From assembly GCA_951406725.2 (NCBI GenBank), contig OX597814.1, positions 204,786,001 through 204,850,000 of the forward strand: DNA of 64,000 bases. The letters are read 5' to 3'. Positions 37,589 through 51,767 of the stretch are shown in pieces. The notes under the pieces are model-generated. The model was not told where the DNA came from and ran no database searches. It was given only the letters and a program-made list of their open reading frames with translations. Both the position numbers and the translations under genes were made by a program. Every line of letters starts with the position of its first letter. Position 1 is the stretch's first letter. This stretch comes from Octopus vulgaris. Lineage: Eukaryota.

Positions 37589-38555
37589 CAAAAGTGATAC
37601 CTGTGATTTGTTTTCTGTTTTAAGGAAATCAAGATGTAAGGCATGCAGCAGTAATTGACCGGAAGAGAATAAACAGTAAAAGTTGATTGGCAGTTAAAAG
37701 CCATAAAGTATTAACTTGATATAGATGAAAATAAGACATAAAACTAATTGATGACCTTGTTGAAGTAGAAACCAGGATTGACTAGAAGTATCTGGAGTTT
37801 ATTTTCCTGAAGCTAATAGCATGGTTAATTGCATTTAAACATGGCTGAGGCTTTTTGACTTGGTAGAATTACCTATTTTTGTGGTTTAATGGCAGACTGG
37901 CCAGCATAGTGTCATTGTATTAGATTAGGTGTGAGGAATTAACTAGCATGCTCTTAGACTATTTAATATACAGTTGCCAGAGATAATGCTCTTATTTGTT
38001 CTTTTCGATTAAAAATTGGAGAAGAAATTATACAGACCAAACAGATGTTTCTTTGGCTCAAACGTTAAAGTAAATGACACACACACCTGCTGGATTGTGC
38101 TTGTGTTAACAAATAAAATATCCGACTGAGACTTCTTCACAAGTAAACTAATGTATTGATCTAATACAGAGGCCAAATATATTCCATTCATTGATCATGA
38201 AAAATAAATGATGTGAGGGCATTTATTATGTGTGCTGTGAGGATTATATGAAGCTGTATATGTAACACAATTGTGTGCTATTTCCTGTGAATGGAGAACC
38301 TGTTGTCGCTATTATTAGATTAATGCCAGTTTTCCATACTAGATACATGAAATTTTTTTTTCCTTCCAACTGTTATGGGCTTGGTTGCTGTGTGGTCAAG
38401 AAGTTTGCTTTCTTACTATGCGGTTTTGGGTTCAGTCTCATTGTATGATACCTTGGGTAAGCATCTTCTACTACAGCCCTGATCCAGCCAAAGGTTTGTG
38501 AGTGCATTTGGTTGAGGGGAAACTAAAAAAAAAAAACCCATCATATATATATATA

Positions 38556-38968
38556 GGCGCAGGAGTGGCTGTGTGGTAAGTAGCTTGCTAACCAATCACA
38601 TGGTTCCGGGTTCAGTCCCACTGCGTGGCAACTTGGGCAAGTGTCTTCTGCTATAGCCCCGGGCCGACCAATGCCTTGTGAGTGGATTTGGTAGACGGAA
38701 ACTGAAAGAAGCCCGTCGTATATATGTGTATATATATAAGTGTGTGTGTATATGTTTGTGTGTCTGTGTTTGTCCCCCTTGACAACCGATGCTGGTGTGT
38801 TTACGTCCCCGTCACTTAGCGGTTTGGCAAAAGAGACCGATAGAATAAGTACTGGGCTTACAAAGAATAAGTCCTGGGGTCGATTTGCTCGACTAAAGGC
38901 GGTGCTCCAGCATGGCCGCAGTCAAATGACTGAAACAAGTAAAAGAGTAAAGAGTAAAGAGTAAGAGT
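38556..38968 (+). mobile_element. Full-length, low-divergence SINE family A (tRNA-like head, CORE-like cttgggcaagtg box, (AGAGTA)n tail) inserted in (TA)n
   Basis: A box tggctgtgtggtaag, B box gggttcagtccc; near-identical to 57697-58119. Confidence 0.9.
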
Positions 38969-41115
38969 ATATATAATTTCAATATGGAACAATACAGGTT
39001 GGAGCTTTCCATCATTATAACACATGCAGAGGAAGCTGAGGCTATTTTGCCAGCACAGAAACCGGTCTGCATGAGTCCAATTACTTGAATGTACGTTAGA
39101 AAATTGTCTTAGCCTGTTTGCCTTTGGCTGGTTGATTTCTGTAGTTATTATCTGTGTATTTTGGCGTTTTAAAGAAGAGTTTTGTTGTTATTTCCAGCAA
39201 GTAGACATATTTACTATGTCCCTTGATTAATTATATATATATAAATTTTTCCCCCAAATATTTAGCCTATAGGATTTTAATGTAGTCACCCTTCATGTGT
39301 TTGGATTCATCTTAAAATACAATTATGTATAGCGTCATAATTTATCTTAACATGTAACTTTAATTCTAATTATATCATCCGCACGAACAGTATGGTCTGA
39401 CACAGCATTCGTTTTTTAAAAAATTCTCAAATCTTTAATTTTAACAACCCTTTAACTCTTTTAGAAGTATAGATGATTGCTATAGTTGGAGTAAACTCGC
39501 CCATACCAACCTATATTTTCCCAAAACAGCTGTCAGGATTCCTCTCAAAATCATTTCATATTAACTTTTTCATCTACCCTCCTCATTGATTCTAATACAG
39601 TCATTCAACCTCGCAAGTACATTTTTGTATTTATATATTTATATATTAGTAATTTTTTTTTTTTATATATTTATGAATTTTTATATATATTTATATATTT
39701 ACAAATTCTTATGAATTTTTACCATATCTTGTGTATATGAATGCACCTATATATATTGAGAATTCCAACAATTTGAACCGGATTGAATGAATATGAACAC
39801 TGACCTTTGAAATTTGTTCTCTCTTAATTTTATAATCCTGCTAGAGTGCTAATTAGTTGTGGTGTGTAAAGTGGATAATTATACCATTTACTGCTTCACT
39901 TTATATATATATAGATATATATAATCATCATTTAATGTCCACTTTTCCATGCTTGCATGGGTTGAATGGAATTTATTGAGACAAATTTTTATGGCTGGAT
40001 GCCCTTCCATTGCCAGCCCTCACTTGTTTCCAAGTTGGTTAGTATTTCCTTGTGGCCAGACATGTTTTCAATGGAAGACTGAAAATGAACAACATCGAAC
40101 ACAGGAGAGTGATGATGTTCATTAACAACCCTCTCATGATGCCGAGACAAGAATACTTACATGCTCATACACATATGATGGACTCCTTTCAGTTTCTATC
40201 TATCAAATCCTTTTCAAAGGCTTGACAACCGATGCTGGTGTGTTTATGTCTTCGTCACTTAGCGGTTTGGCAAAAGAGACCTATAAAATAAGTACTAGGC
40301 TTACAAAGAATAAGTCCTGGGGTCAATTTACTCGACTAAAGGCGGTGCTCCATCATAGCCGCAGTCAAATGACTGAAACAAGTAAAAGAGTAAAAAAAAA
40401 GAGTAAAATGCAAGCATGGAAAAGTTGAAGTTAAAGTGATGATGCAGTGTGATGTACTAAAAATGAGATCAGCATTTTGAGACTTAAGAGGTTTCTTTTT
40501 TTTGTTAAAGTTTGCTGTGTTTTGATGTAATATTTGAAGACCTACTTTTCTAGAGATGGTACTTTCCTTACAGTTTGACGAGTCATGAAAAGCACCAATT
40601 AAATTTAGTGACCAAGGGTGACAGACACTTGACAATATTAAAGAATGTGTTTTACAAGTTTTAACATTCCACTTCCATTGAATTCACTTTGAAGTATTAA
40701 AGCTATGGTGTTTGCTATGGCTTCATCATCATCATCACCTGTTTTTCAGGCTGGCTTGTGTTGGACATAATGACAGGAGCTGGCAAGCTGGAGGGTTGCA
40801 CCAGTCTCCAGTCATCTGTTTTAGCTTGATTTACATAGCTGGATGCCCTTTCTAATGCCAACCACTTTACAGTGTGGAGTGGGTGTTTTTTATGTGACAC
40901 TATGAAATTAATTCTGTTTTAATTTGTCCTGAGTCTGAGTTTATTTCTCTCTTTAATATTTTAAATATTAACCTACATGAGAGCAAAAGGGTGTTGGGCT
41001 CACAATCAAAAGGCATCTATTTCATCTCCCCACTTGAAAATGTGTAGCAACCCAGTACTGGTGCAACTCTGCCTCTCATCAGCTGTCACATCCTTGATGT
41101 TCTGATGGTTTTTAA

Positions 41116-41335
41116 CCTTTTAGCATTTAGATTACTCTGTCAAACGTTATGCTTATTCATTCATATTGTTTTCAATTAATTATGTATTATCTTGTACCTT
41201 TAAGATTTTGATGATGTGATTGTATATTTTTAGGACAACATTGTAGGGTAGATGTGAAAGGTTGGATCTGGCTGGCTTGAACATAGAACAGGTAGAATAT
41301 TTGGGCCAGATATGGGAGGTTTAAATGCTAAAAGG
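41116..41335. mobile_element. piggyBac-type MITE
   Basis: TTAA on both sides; 14-bp perfect TIR ccttttagcattta/taaatgctaaaagg. Confidence 0.85.
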
Positions 41336-41754
41336 TTAATGGATGGGAGGACTGAGAAGGTGTCTTATGTCTGTCCTTGCTTCCCAACCACATGATTCTG
41401 GGTTCAGTCCCACTGCATAGAATCTTGGGCAAGTGCTATCTACTGTAGCCTCGTGATGATCAAAGCCTTGTGAGTGGATTTAGCCTATGGAAACTGAAAG
41501 AAGCCTGTCGTGTATGTGGTCTGTGTTTGCCCCCCCCCACTTGGCAACCAGTTGATGTGTTTACGCCCCTGTAACTTAATGATTCAACAAAAGAGACCGA
41601 TAGAGTAAATACCAGGCTTTAAAAAGAATAAGTATTGGGTTGATACATTTGACTAAAATTTCTTCCAGGTGGTGCCCCAGCATGGTCGCAGTCTAATAAC
41701 TGAAACAAGTAAAAGGACAAGAGATATATATGCACTTAAAACAATTAGCAAGAA

Positions 41755-42080
41755 TACAGTGCCGGTAGCCGGTAGCATGTAAAAAGCACCATCTGAATGT
41801 GGCTGATGCCAGTGCTGCTTTGACTGGCTTCCATGCCAGTGGCATGTATGAAGCACCATCCGATCGTGGTCGATGCCAGCTCCTCTGGCCCCTGTGCCGG
41901 TGGAACGTAAAAAGCACCCACTATACTCTCGGAGTGGTTGGCATTAGGAAGGAGCATCCAGCTGAAGAAACACTGCCTGATCAGACTGGGGCTTGGTGCA
42001 GCCTCCTGGCTTCCCAGACCCCAGTCGAACCGTCCAACCCATACCAGCATGGAAAACGGACTTTAAATGATGATGATGAC
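41755..42080 (+). mobile_element. RTE LINE 3' end
   Basis: Family consensus with a gatgatgat tail. Confidence 0.8.
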
Positions 42081-42756
42081 AGTATCTAGGCTACCAAGTC
42101 CTACTCATTTGCATGTGGTGTCTAAGCCACATGCGAGCTAGGCCTTTCATTTTGAAGTGTTCAAATTAAAATTAAAACCTATTTTATTTTTAGGTAAACC
42201 TTTTATATTAGAGTCTGAACACCAGCTTAATTATAACAAACCCCCTCCAAATATTTATTGCAAAAATTAACTGAGCTACTTAGCCAGTGTATTTCACAAG
42301 AACTGGAGTCGATCTAATCTACTGGCCCCGTCCCCAAAATATTTCAGGCCTTGTGCCTAGAGTAGAAAAGAATATTTGCCAAACAGGCAACAGCTGGTAG
42401 AATCATTAGAATGCTGGGCAAAAAGCTTAGCAGCATTTTGTCCAGCTTTACATTCTGAGTTCAAATTCTGCTGAAGTCGACTTCACTTTTCATTCTTCAG
42501 GGGTCACTAAAACAAGTACCAGTTGAACACTGGGGACAATGTAATTGGTTTATGCCCTCCCCACAAAACTGCTGGCCTTGTGCTAAAATTTGAAATCAAT
42601 ATTTGCCAAATGGATGATCTTTTTGGATATAGTTATTGAATTTTAATTCCTAAAAAGATCCCAACCATGTCGTGGTTTAGACCAGTTTAATGCTGATTGA
42701 GTAGACTTCTAACCAAAGATGTTCCAGCTCTCTTCTTTATCATCATCATCTTTCGA

Positions 42757-42975
42757 CTCTTTAGCATTTAAGCCATCCATATCCGGCCAAAGTATTCTGC
42801 CTGTTTTATGCTCAAACTGGTCAGATCTCACCTCTCATACCATTCCTACCATACCATTTATAGAAATTAAGTTACATCATCAAAATGTCAAGACCACAAG
42901 ATAGTGCATAATTAATTCAAACGAATGTGAATAAATAAGCCTTACCTTTGACGGAATAATGTGAATGCTAAAGGG
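42757..42975. mobile_element. piggyBac-type MITE (reverse copy of the 41116 family)
   Basis: ctctttagcattta ... gaatgctaaaggg|TTAA. Confidence 0.7.
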
Positions 42976-44375
42976 TTAATGTGCATCTTCTATGCTGGCA
43001 TCATGGGTTAGAGAGTCGATGGGATTCACTGAGCCAGCACAAGTGAGGTCATTGTGTGACTTGCAAGACAAAGGAAAGACTTAAGAGGGATGTGGCTTTG
43101 TAGTTGGTGTTGATAGGCTAAAGTATGATTGAGGGGTCAGGCACAGTTATCTTGCTATAGAGGAGATTCATAGCTACCCTCCACTATATTATAAAAGTGT
43201 GGGTAGGAGTAGTTGGAAAGAAGGGAATGATGGTGATGAGGTGTCAGAGGGTAGTCTCAATAGAGAAGTGGGTGAACATAGAAGAGAATATGGGCAAAGA
43301 ATTGGGAAGAGTGGCTGGCTATGCTGATTAGAGTATGAGAAGAGAATGAAAGATGTTTAGAGATGGGGGCAAGGGGTGAAGAATTTTAGGGCTATTTAAG
43401 ACTGCAGTATGTAACTGGCTCCTTTCTTTAAGATGACAGTGAGTGATTCAAGGGCTATTCAACTGTTATCTATAGCAGGTTGAGATACTACATAGGGGTC
43501 CCTTCATGTAATTATTTTTCTCATCTGACAGTATTTGCAACAAATTTTTTTTTTTCTTTCTCTCTCCTATAGTAATTAAATTGATATTTTAATTAAAGCA
43601 TCAGTTTACAGTGATGTGGAATAAAATTTAAACGTTTTATATTGAGTTGCTATGGACGTTAATGTCTTGCTTTTTAAACAGGCTGATGGACGAAGACAGC
43701 AATTAACTGTAAACTTAGCCAGACAAAATTGTTGTCAGAAAAATAAAGAGAAAAAAAAAATCTTTAAAATGTTAACCACTCGATTTATTTAGATTGTTTA
43801 ATGTTGTTTTGTAAACTACAAATTCTCCCTCTCTAGAAATAATTTGAAATTATGGAAGTGATTTCTAAAAGAGGAGTTTTTTTTTTTTCTACAAATTTGT
43901 TCAGATATTGGAAAGACAGATGTTTAAGTAAATGGTGATAGTGATGTTGGTGGTGATTCCGTTAGGAAACCATTCCAAATCAGAGTGGTAAGCCCCCTTA
44001 GCTTACCAGCTCTGCTCAAACTGTCCAACCCCTGCCAGCATGGACAATGGATGTGAAATGATGATGAGGATGATGATGTGTATGCTAGAGAAGGCAGTAA
44101 AGTGAGAAAGATATTTATGTCACTAAAGAAAGCTAACTCTCTGAAAAGAGGTGAACTGAACCGTTCCAAAGGTAGAACTTATTTTATTGATCTTTTGGCA
44201 TTATGGTCAAATAATTGGTTCCAACTTGACAGCATTGCTCCTGTATAGCCACTGTCTGTAGTGCCTGACATCAGTAAATGTGTATACATCTAGAAGCTTC
44301 CACACATGTGCGAGTGTGCACGTGTGTGTAGGTTTTACTGATTCCTTGCTTTGGCACTGCAAGGTAGTTGTAAAT

Positions 44376-44793
44376 GGTGGCGAGCTGGCAGAACTGTTAG
44401 CACGTCGGGCGAAATGCTTGGTGGTATTTCGTCTACTGCTACGTTCTGAGTTCAAATTCAGCCGAGGTCAACTTTGCCTTTCATCCTTTTGGGGTTGATT
44501 AAAATAAGTACCAGTTACGCACTTGGGTCAATGTAATCAACTTAATCCGTTTGTCTGTCCTTGTTCATCCCCTCTGTGTTTAGCCTCTTGTGGGTAGTAA
44601 AGAAATAGGTATTTCGTCTGCCACTACATTCTGAGTTCAAATTCCGCCAAGGTCAACTTTGCCTTTCATCCTTTCGGGGTTGATTAAAATAAGTACCAGT
44701 TACGCACTTGGGTCAATGTAATCGACTTAATCCGTTTGTCTCTCCTTGTTTGTCCCCTCTGTGTGTAGCCCCTTGTGGGTAGTAAAGAAATAG
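44376..44793 (+). mobile_element. SINE family B dimer
   Basis: Two near-identical core+tail units joined at aaagaaata|ggtatttcgtctg. Confidence 0.85.
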
Positions 44794-46066
44794 GTAGTTG
44801 TAAATGAGTGTTAATGTCATGCAAGCAGAATCCTTCAGTATCAGTCTTTCATGAAAATATGTCTGACCAAGGGGAAATGTTATTTTACTTGGAAGCAGGT
44901 GAGGGTTGGTAACAGGAAGAGCACCTGGCCGTAGAGAATCTACCTCAACAAATTCCACCTGACCTATGCAGACATGGAAAGATGGGTGTTAAAATAATGA
45001 TTCATCATTATCATCATCATCATCATCATCATCATCACCATTTAATGCCTGCTTTCAGGCTGGCATGAGGATAATTATGTTAGTGAATATATCAGGTGAA
45101 TGTAGTCTCTGTTGGAGAGGGCAATCTGCCATTTGTTTTAAAGACCCTTATATTGGTGTTAATTTTGGTGGTATGGTAGGTAATATATTGGTATTAATTT
45201 AAGGTTGTAAGCTGGCAGAATCGTTAACACATTGGGCAAAATGCTTGCTGGCATGTCGCCTGTCTTTATGTTCTGAGTTCAAATTGCGCCATGGTTGACC
45301 TGACCTTTCATCCTTTCAGGGTCAATAGACTAAGTACCAGTCGAACTCTTGGGTTGACGTAATTGAGTTACCCCCCTCCCCCGAAATTGCTGGCTTTGTG
45401 CCAGAATTTTAAATCAGTATATTGGTGCTAATCGACCCAAAACTGATGATATTGGAGCAAGCAAGTTGTAAAAGGTGGTAATATGACGTAATGGTCATGT
45501 TGCCCAAACAAATATGATTGTTAGTTTCCCATTGGTTAAAATTATTGCCCATATTTGAATTCTAAACTTTTGTCAAAGAGAAATCTTTCACGAAATATGC
45601 TTCTTAGAATTCAGGTATAAGCAGTTATAAAAACCCTGATTTTTGGGGAATTAATCAGAGTCCATTGGTTGTCACTTATCTCCATGACACTCACTCCTTT
45701 GAGATATTGGCTATTTTTATGCCACGTCTATTATTTAAATCCAACAAGACTTATTTGAATTGTTGTGTAAACTCTAGTAGTTTAGTATGAAAGAATTAGC
45801 TAGTATAAATTTTATATCGTAACTCTCTATGACAAATTGCTTTACTTTTAAATGTATTTAAATATCAAATGTACATAAATAAACTAATGTAGTAAATATT
45901 TTCTCTTTCTTCACTTTTTTCAACCTGTTAATGAAATTTATTTCTGCAACTATGAAACTTTTTAATAGCTGTGAAAAAGAACACAAACTTATTTATCTTC
46001 AACATACATGCATGTTCAACATGTCCGTTTAAGCATCTCCTACTCAAGAAATATATTTATTATCTA

Positions 46067-46448
46067 CTATCAGTATCGCCCGGCGTTGCTCGGGTTTGTT
46101 TCGCCCCTTTAGAATTGGAATTTTTGAAAAGTAAAAATTTTGCATTATGTAGCTTGTTATTCTCTTCAAGTGAACATTTTTCTGGTTGAAATACACCGAA
46201 AAATTGCGACACAGCAGTCAAAAAACTGTAAAAAAATAGGGATTTTCATAGAAAAAAGCACCTTTTTGATGTAAATAAGTTTTGGTGTTAACATGGTGCG
46301 ATTTTAATTTTTTCTTCTACGGAAGGAAGAGCAAGCCTTCTTCTATCATACTCATAATTTTGGTCAACTTGCGCTACAGGGTCTCAGAGGAGATAGTGTT
46401 AGTTGAAGGCTACCGAACCTGCCATACACAGACAACCTCAGATATAGA
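46067..46448 (-). mobile_element. Non-autonomous Helitron
   Basis: Shares the cagtatcgcccggcgttgctcgggtttg terminus (3' hairpin) with 54886; terminal CTAG is mutated to ATAG. Confidence 0.65.
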
Positions 46449-46946
46449 TTATAGATTTCAAGTCAAAACCATATAAATAAGATAAAACACCATTATAAAA
46501 GTGGTACCCAATCACCGTTATAATATTAACCAGAGGTGAACCGAGAAAGGAATAAGGCAAGCTGAAGTTGGCGTAAAGTGACAAACGGTTTGGAGTATAC
46601 TCAGGTATACCCAACTCTATTATCAATATATTATTACTACAGCTGCTTGTTATTACTACTACATCTATTCCCAAAGGAAGTATTGATTCTGTATTTCTAA
46701 CAGACCAGCCATGATTCAGAAGAATTTCTCCCATCTTAATAATCTTTTACTTTGAATGAAGTTGTGTTTTGTAATGGAGAATAAATCTTAATTGATTTTT
46801 TTTTTTTTTGTATTTGGTTTTCAAGATTCTTCACCTGTTGACATAGAATTTGTTGTACCTTGAGAGGTCATACCACCAGTAAACACACACACACACACAC
46901 ACACATTTGTTTCACTTTTTCTAATTAGTTGATTAATAATAATAAT

Positions 46947-47170
46947 AATCCTTTCTACTGGAAGCACAAAGCCTCAAATTTTGGGGAAGGAATTAAGTCG
47001 ATTACATTGACCCCAGTGCACAACTGGTACTTAGTTAATTGACCCAGAAAGGATAAAAAGCAAAGTCAACCGTGGCGGAATTTGAACTCAGAACATAGTG
47101 ATGGGTGAAGTACCGCTAAGCATTTTGTCCAACATACTAATGATTCTGCCAGCTCACCGCCTTATTATTA

Positions 47171-47207
<37 letters not shown>

Positions 47208-47396
47208 GATAATAATAGTTTCAAATTTCGGTACATGGTCAGTAGTTTCGTGGGAGGGAGTAAGTCAATTTCATTGACACCAGTACTTGACTGGTGTCAA
47301 TACTTAATTTATTAGGCAAACTAGACCTTGGTGGTATTTGAACTCAGAACATAAGCATTTTGCCCAGCATGCTAGTGATCTTGTCAGCTCATTGTC

Positions 47397-47433
<37 letters not shown>

Positions 47434-47963
47434 TAATAATGGTTTTAAATTTTTCCACAAGGGCAGCAATTTGGGGGGAGGGGAAGAGCAAATTACATTG
47501 ACCCCAGTGTTCAACTGGTACTTATTTTATTGATCCCCAAAAGGATGAAAGGTAAAGTTGATTTCAGCAGAATTTGAACTCAGAACATGGGCAAAATACT
47601 GCTAAGCATTTCGTTCAGCATGCTAACAATTCTGCCAGTTCACCACCTTATTATTATAATAACCCTTTCTACTGTAGGCACAAGGCATGAAATTTGGGGT
47701 AGGAGACTAGTCGATTATATTGACTCCCAGTGTTTCATTGGTACTTAATTTATTGACCCCGAGAGGATGAAAGGTAAAGTCGACCTTGGTGAAAGACCCA
47801 TAATTTAAGGGGAGGGGTAAAGTCAAATACTTCGATCTCAGTAACTGACTGGTATTTTATTTTATCAACCTCAACCTTGGTGGCGTTTGAACTCAGAATG
47901 TAAAACTGGAAGGAATGTGGCTAAGCCTTTTGTCCAACATGCTAATGTTTCTGCCAGACCACC
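46947..47963 (-). mobile_element. Cluster of ~5 SINE family B copies separated by (AAT)n/(ATT)n
   Basis: Repeated cores, all in the same orientation. Confidence 0.8.
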
Positions 47964-49462
47964 AAGTGGTGGTGCGGAACAAACACAACATCAATATATG
48001 TGGGTTTACACATACTTCGCTCTCAAGGCAATGGTAAACATGGGGCTATGATAGAAGACACTTGCCCAAGGTGCTGCCCACTGGGACTGAACCTGAAACC
48101 ATATGTTTGCAAACTGAGCCACTCACTCACCCACCCACCTCTGTCAATAATTGCACACATACTGAAACAAACAAGTACACACATGCACACACAAACACAC
48201 ACACATGCATGCAAACACACACACTCACACAGAGGCTGGACTTGTGCTGTTTCTGTCTATCGTTTTGCTCACAAGGTAGAGCAGAAGACACTTGCCCAAG
48301 GTATTGGTCAGTGGGAATGACCCTGAAGCCATGTGGTGAGGAAACGAAACCGAAATAAAGTAAAAAAAAAAAAAAAGTCACCAAAATAATGAGGATAAAA
48401 ACATAAAACAAGGCAGCTATAAAAGAGGAACCCATACAAAAGAACAAGGAAGGAAATTTAGTAAGATGAAAGGGTAACACTGTTAGCAGGGTGGGGTGGG
48501 AGGGAGGAAGATGAGAAGAAATGACAGGATAAGATAGAATAAAGTGGAGAAATGAAATAAAGTCTGTCATTGAATTTATAATGGAAGGAAGGTTTTTATG
48601 ATACTTTTGGGGAATCTTCTTCTAATTATTCTGTTGATTCAAGGAGCTGGAAATACAAAGAATGAAGTTCTCAGATGGAGTAAATTCCATAACTGTTTAT
48701 TCTTAGGTGCTTCGTACAAGGGGTTTGCTTTCAATAACCATCTTCACAGCATTGTGTAGTTAGCCTTCTCTCCCATTCATGTGAGGTTCAATAACCTCTG
48801 GAGACAATGCATGTTATATCAAAGCAGGACAAAAGTCCGGTGTGAGTTCCTGGCTTCAAAGTCTTACTCGGCGTCAGCATGAGAAGAATGAGAAGGAAAA
48901 TATTGTTGTCTTTTCCTTAAATAATGGTTGCAGGCGAGATCTTGTTTTTGTCTTGAGTATGCTAATGGATGCAGATGAGATCTCGCTGTTTCAAAATGGC
49001 GTTGGCTTCTTTGTGCCTCACTACAAGTTCATTGTTACATCAGCCCCATTATTGTCAACAGCTGCGGTAAGCTACTAGGATTTGAACCTACATATCTCTG
49101 TTTAATGTGTCACTTTAAATAGCTTCGACTGAAGAATATTGATACATATGTAACTGTTTTTACCTGTTGTCAGAAGCAGCTGTGCTGGTGCCATGTAAAA
49201 AGCACCCAGTTCACTCTGCAAAGTGGTTGGCATTAGGAAGGGCATCCAGCTGTAGAAACTATGCCAAAGCAGTCAGTTAGCGTCTGGTGCAACTCTCTGA
49301 TCTTGCCAACTACTGGCCTTGCCAGCTCCTGCCAAACTGTCCAACCCATACCAGCTTGGAAAACAGGCATTAAATGATGATGAATGTGAAACAAAATGCT
49401 ATAAAAGTATGTTTTTTTTTTTATATGGCGCTGAGTTTACAATCCTGTAAATAATAATAATA

Positions 49463-49640
49463 GTATTTTTATATAAGCTTAAAGCTTATGGCAATCACCA
49501 TGCAATGATTAAGGAAAATAGTCTAATAAAGGGGCATAGCCTTCTTTTTTCTGTCGAGGGCTTATATGCCCCTTTATTAGACTATTCTCCTTAGTAATTT
49601 CACAGTGATTGCCATAAGCTTTAAGCTTATATAAAAATAC
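49463..49640. repeat. Foldback element, 76-bp arms with a 26-nt spacer
   Basis: 49463-49538 vs 49565-49640 are reverse complements; the outer 36 bp are perfect, with about 6 mismatches inside. Confidence 0.92.
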
Positions 49641-50039
49641 AATAAAAGTAGTAAGGGTAAAAGGAGGTTAAGTTTTCTGTAAAGAAGACAGTGGATATAA
49701 AAATCTATTTTTTTAAAGATCATCAATATTAATACATTATCTTCAAGGAAGGAAAATCTTAAAGGTGAAAAAAAAACAAAAACTTAAAAAATTTACTTCC
49801 CCTTATTATCGATGGGGGCTGGGGGTGGGGAATTAGTCATATGATATGGTTGAATATTATCATTTACATATGTTTACCTGTCACTCATTATATTTTGAAT
49901 AATTTTTACAGGTTTTCTTGTCTATAATAGTTGGCCAATTGTGCTGCAGAGTTAAGTGTATTAAAAAACTCCCACCTGTCTCTTGCTGAATTTAAAACGT
50001 GGGAGGACCAAGAGGATGTCTATATCTGCCCACATACAT

Positions 50040-50400
50040 TTGTTTTTCATGCTTGCATGGGTTGGATGGTTTGAGAGGACCTGGCAAGGTCAGGAGCCAC
50101 CTCAGGTTCCAGAGTCTGTTTTGTCATGGTTTCTATGGCTGGATGCCCTTTGTAATGCCAACACTTTAAGAATGTACTGGGTGCTTTTTACTTGGCACCA
50201 GTGGTTTTTATGTGACACCAGTGTTTTTCATGTGACACCAGTGTTTTTTTTATTTGGTACCAGTGCTTTTTAAGTGGTACCAGTGCTTTTTACGTGGTGC
50301 CAGTACTTTTTATGCGGTACTAATGCATTTTACATGGCACCAGTGCTTTTTATGTAACACCGGCACCAATGCTTTTTACATGGCACCCGTGCTTTTTATG
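50040..50400 (-). mobile_element. RTE 3' end with ~20-21-bp minisatellite expansion
   Basis: About 11 units of accagtgctttttacgtggc-like sequence at 50180-50400. Confidence 0.7.
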
Positions 50401-50749
50401 TGAAAGTAAGATATATGCTACCAGGTCATGCTCACCTGCAAGCAATAGCAGATATTACTAATAATAATTGCTTAATCATTGTCAGCATTTAACGCCTGTC
50501 TTCCATGCAATCATGAGTCAACTAGTTCGAGACAATCTGACAAGCTTGACGACTGTGTTGGGCTCCAGCGTCTGCCTTGACATGGCTTCTACAGCTGGAC
50601 ACTATTCCTCTTGCCAGCCACTTTAGTGAGTCATTTTTAAGTTTATCTCTACAGATTCTCTATCTTTTCATATACGAATGTTTATGTGAACAATGCAATT
50701 GAGAATTAAAAAAAAGTAGGTAATGGGTGTGTGTGCATGTTTCAGGAGT

Positions 50750-51302
50750 TATAATCAAAATCAAATTCAATGACTGGCGTCCATGCTGGTAGGGTGCAAA
50801 GAGCACCATACGAGCGTGATCATTGACAGAGCAGCTAACCGGCTTCCATGCCAGTGGCACATAAAAGGCACCATTCGAGCATGATCATTACCAGCGTCAC
50901 CTTACTGGCACTTGTGCCCGTGCTAGTAGGGTTCCAAGAGCACCATCTGAGCGTGATCGTTGCCAGAGCAGCCAACTGGCTTCCATGCCGGTGGCACGTA
51001 AAAGGGCACCATTCGAGCATGATCATTACCAATGTCGCCTTACTGGCACCTGTGCTGGTGGCATGTGTAAAAAGATTCGAGCGAGGTCGTTGCCAGTACC
51101 ACCTAACTGGACCCCGTGCCGGTGGCATGTAAAAGCACCCACTAAACTCTCGGAGTGGTTGGTGTTAGGAAGGGCATACAGCTGTAGAAACTCTGCCAAA
51201 TCAAGATTGGAGCCTGGTGCAGCCATCTGGTTCGCCAGCCCTCAGTCAAAATCGTCCAACCCATGCTAGGATGGAAAGCGGACGTTAAACGATGATGATG
51301 AT
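50750..51302 (+). mobile_element. RTE LINE 3'UTR with tandem units
   Basis: Family consensus and (GAT)n tail; closely related to 29012-29505 and 60855-61146. Confidence 0.85.
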
Positions 51303-51767
51303 TTCTCGTTAACGAATGTCTAAGGTGTTGTTTTTGTGTAACACTGGCACTAGTGAAGTCCCTAAGTAACTTAAGTGAGTGAGGGTGCAGTATTGAGAGA
51401 GATAGGGGTGCTTTTATGCCTGTCAATAATGCAAGGCTAAAGTTTGGTAAAGGGACAGGAACAAGTGTGTTGCTGGAGAGGAGATACATGGCTACCCCTA
51501 CATAATATAAGTGTTGGTGAGAGTAGCTGGAAAGAAAATTTAAAGATAATGGTGACATTAATGTAAGAAATTTCCCCAGTGACTAAATATATCTCTTATG
51601 ATATAAACCAATAAAATATAATTTTTACAATCCTGACACAAGAGTCTCATGATAAGCTGTCAACAGCAATCATGTTGCCCCCACCTTGTTGTTGTCAGGT
51701 CACAATGACATTGCACTTGTTACTTGAATAGCTCCTGATTAGGGTTTTTAAATTTGGTTAAACTTAC

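Noticed and set aside
39520-39545. aaaacagctgtcagga resembling a hammerhead 3' half
   Set aside because: GAAA is mutated and no upstream CUGANGA or stem I partner was found.
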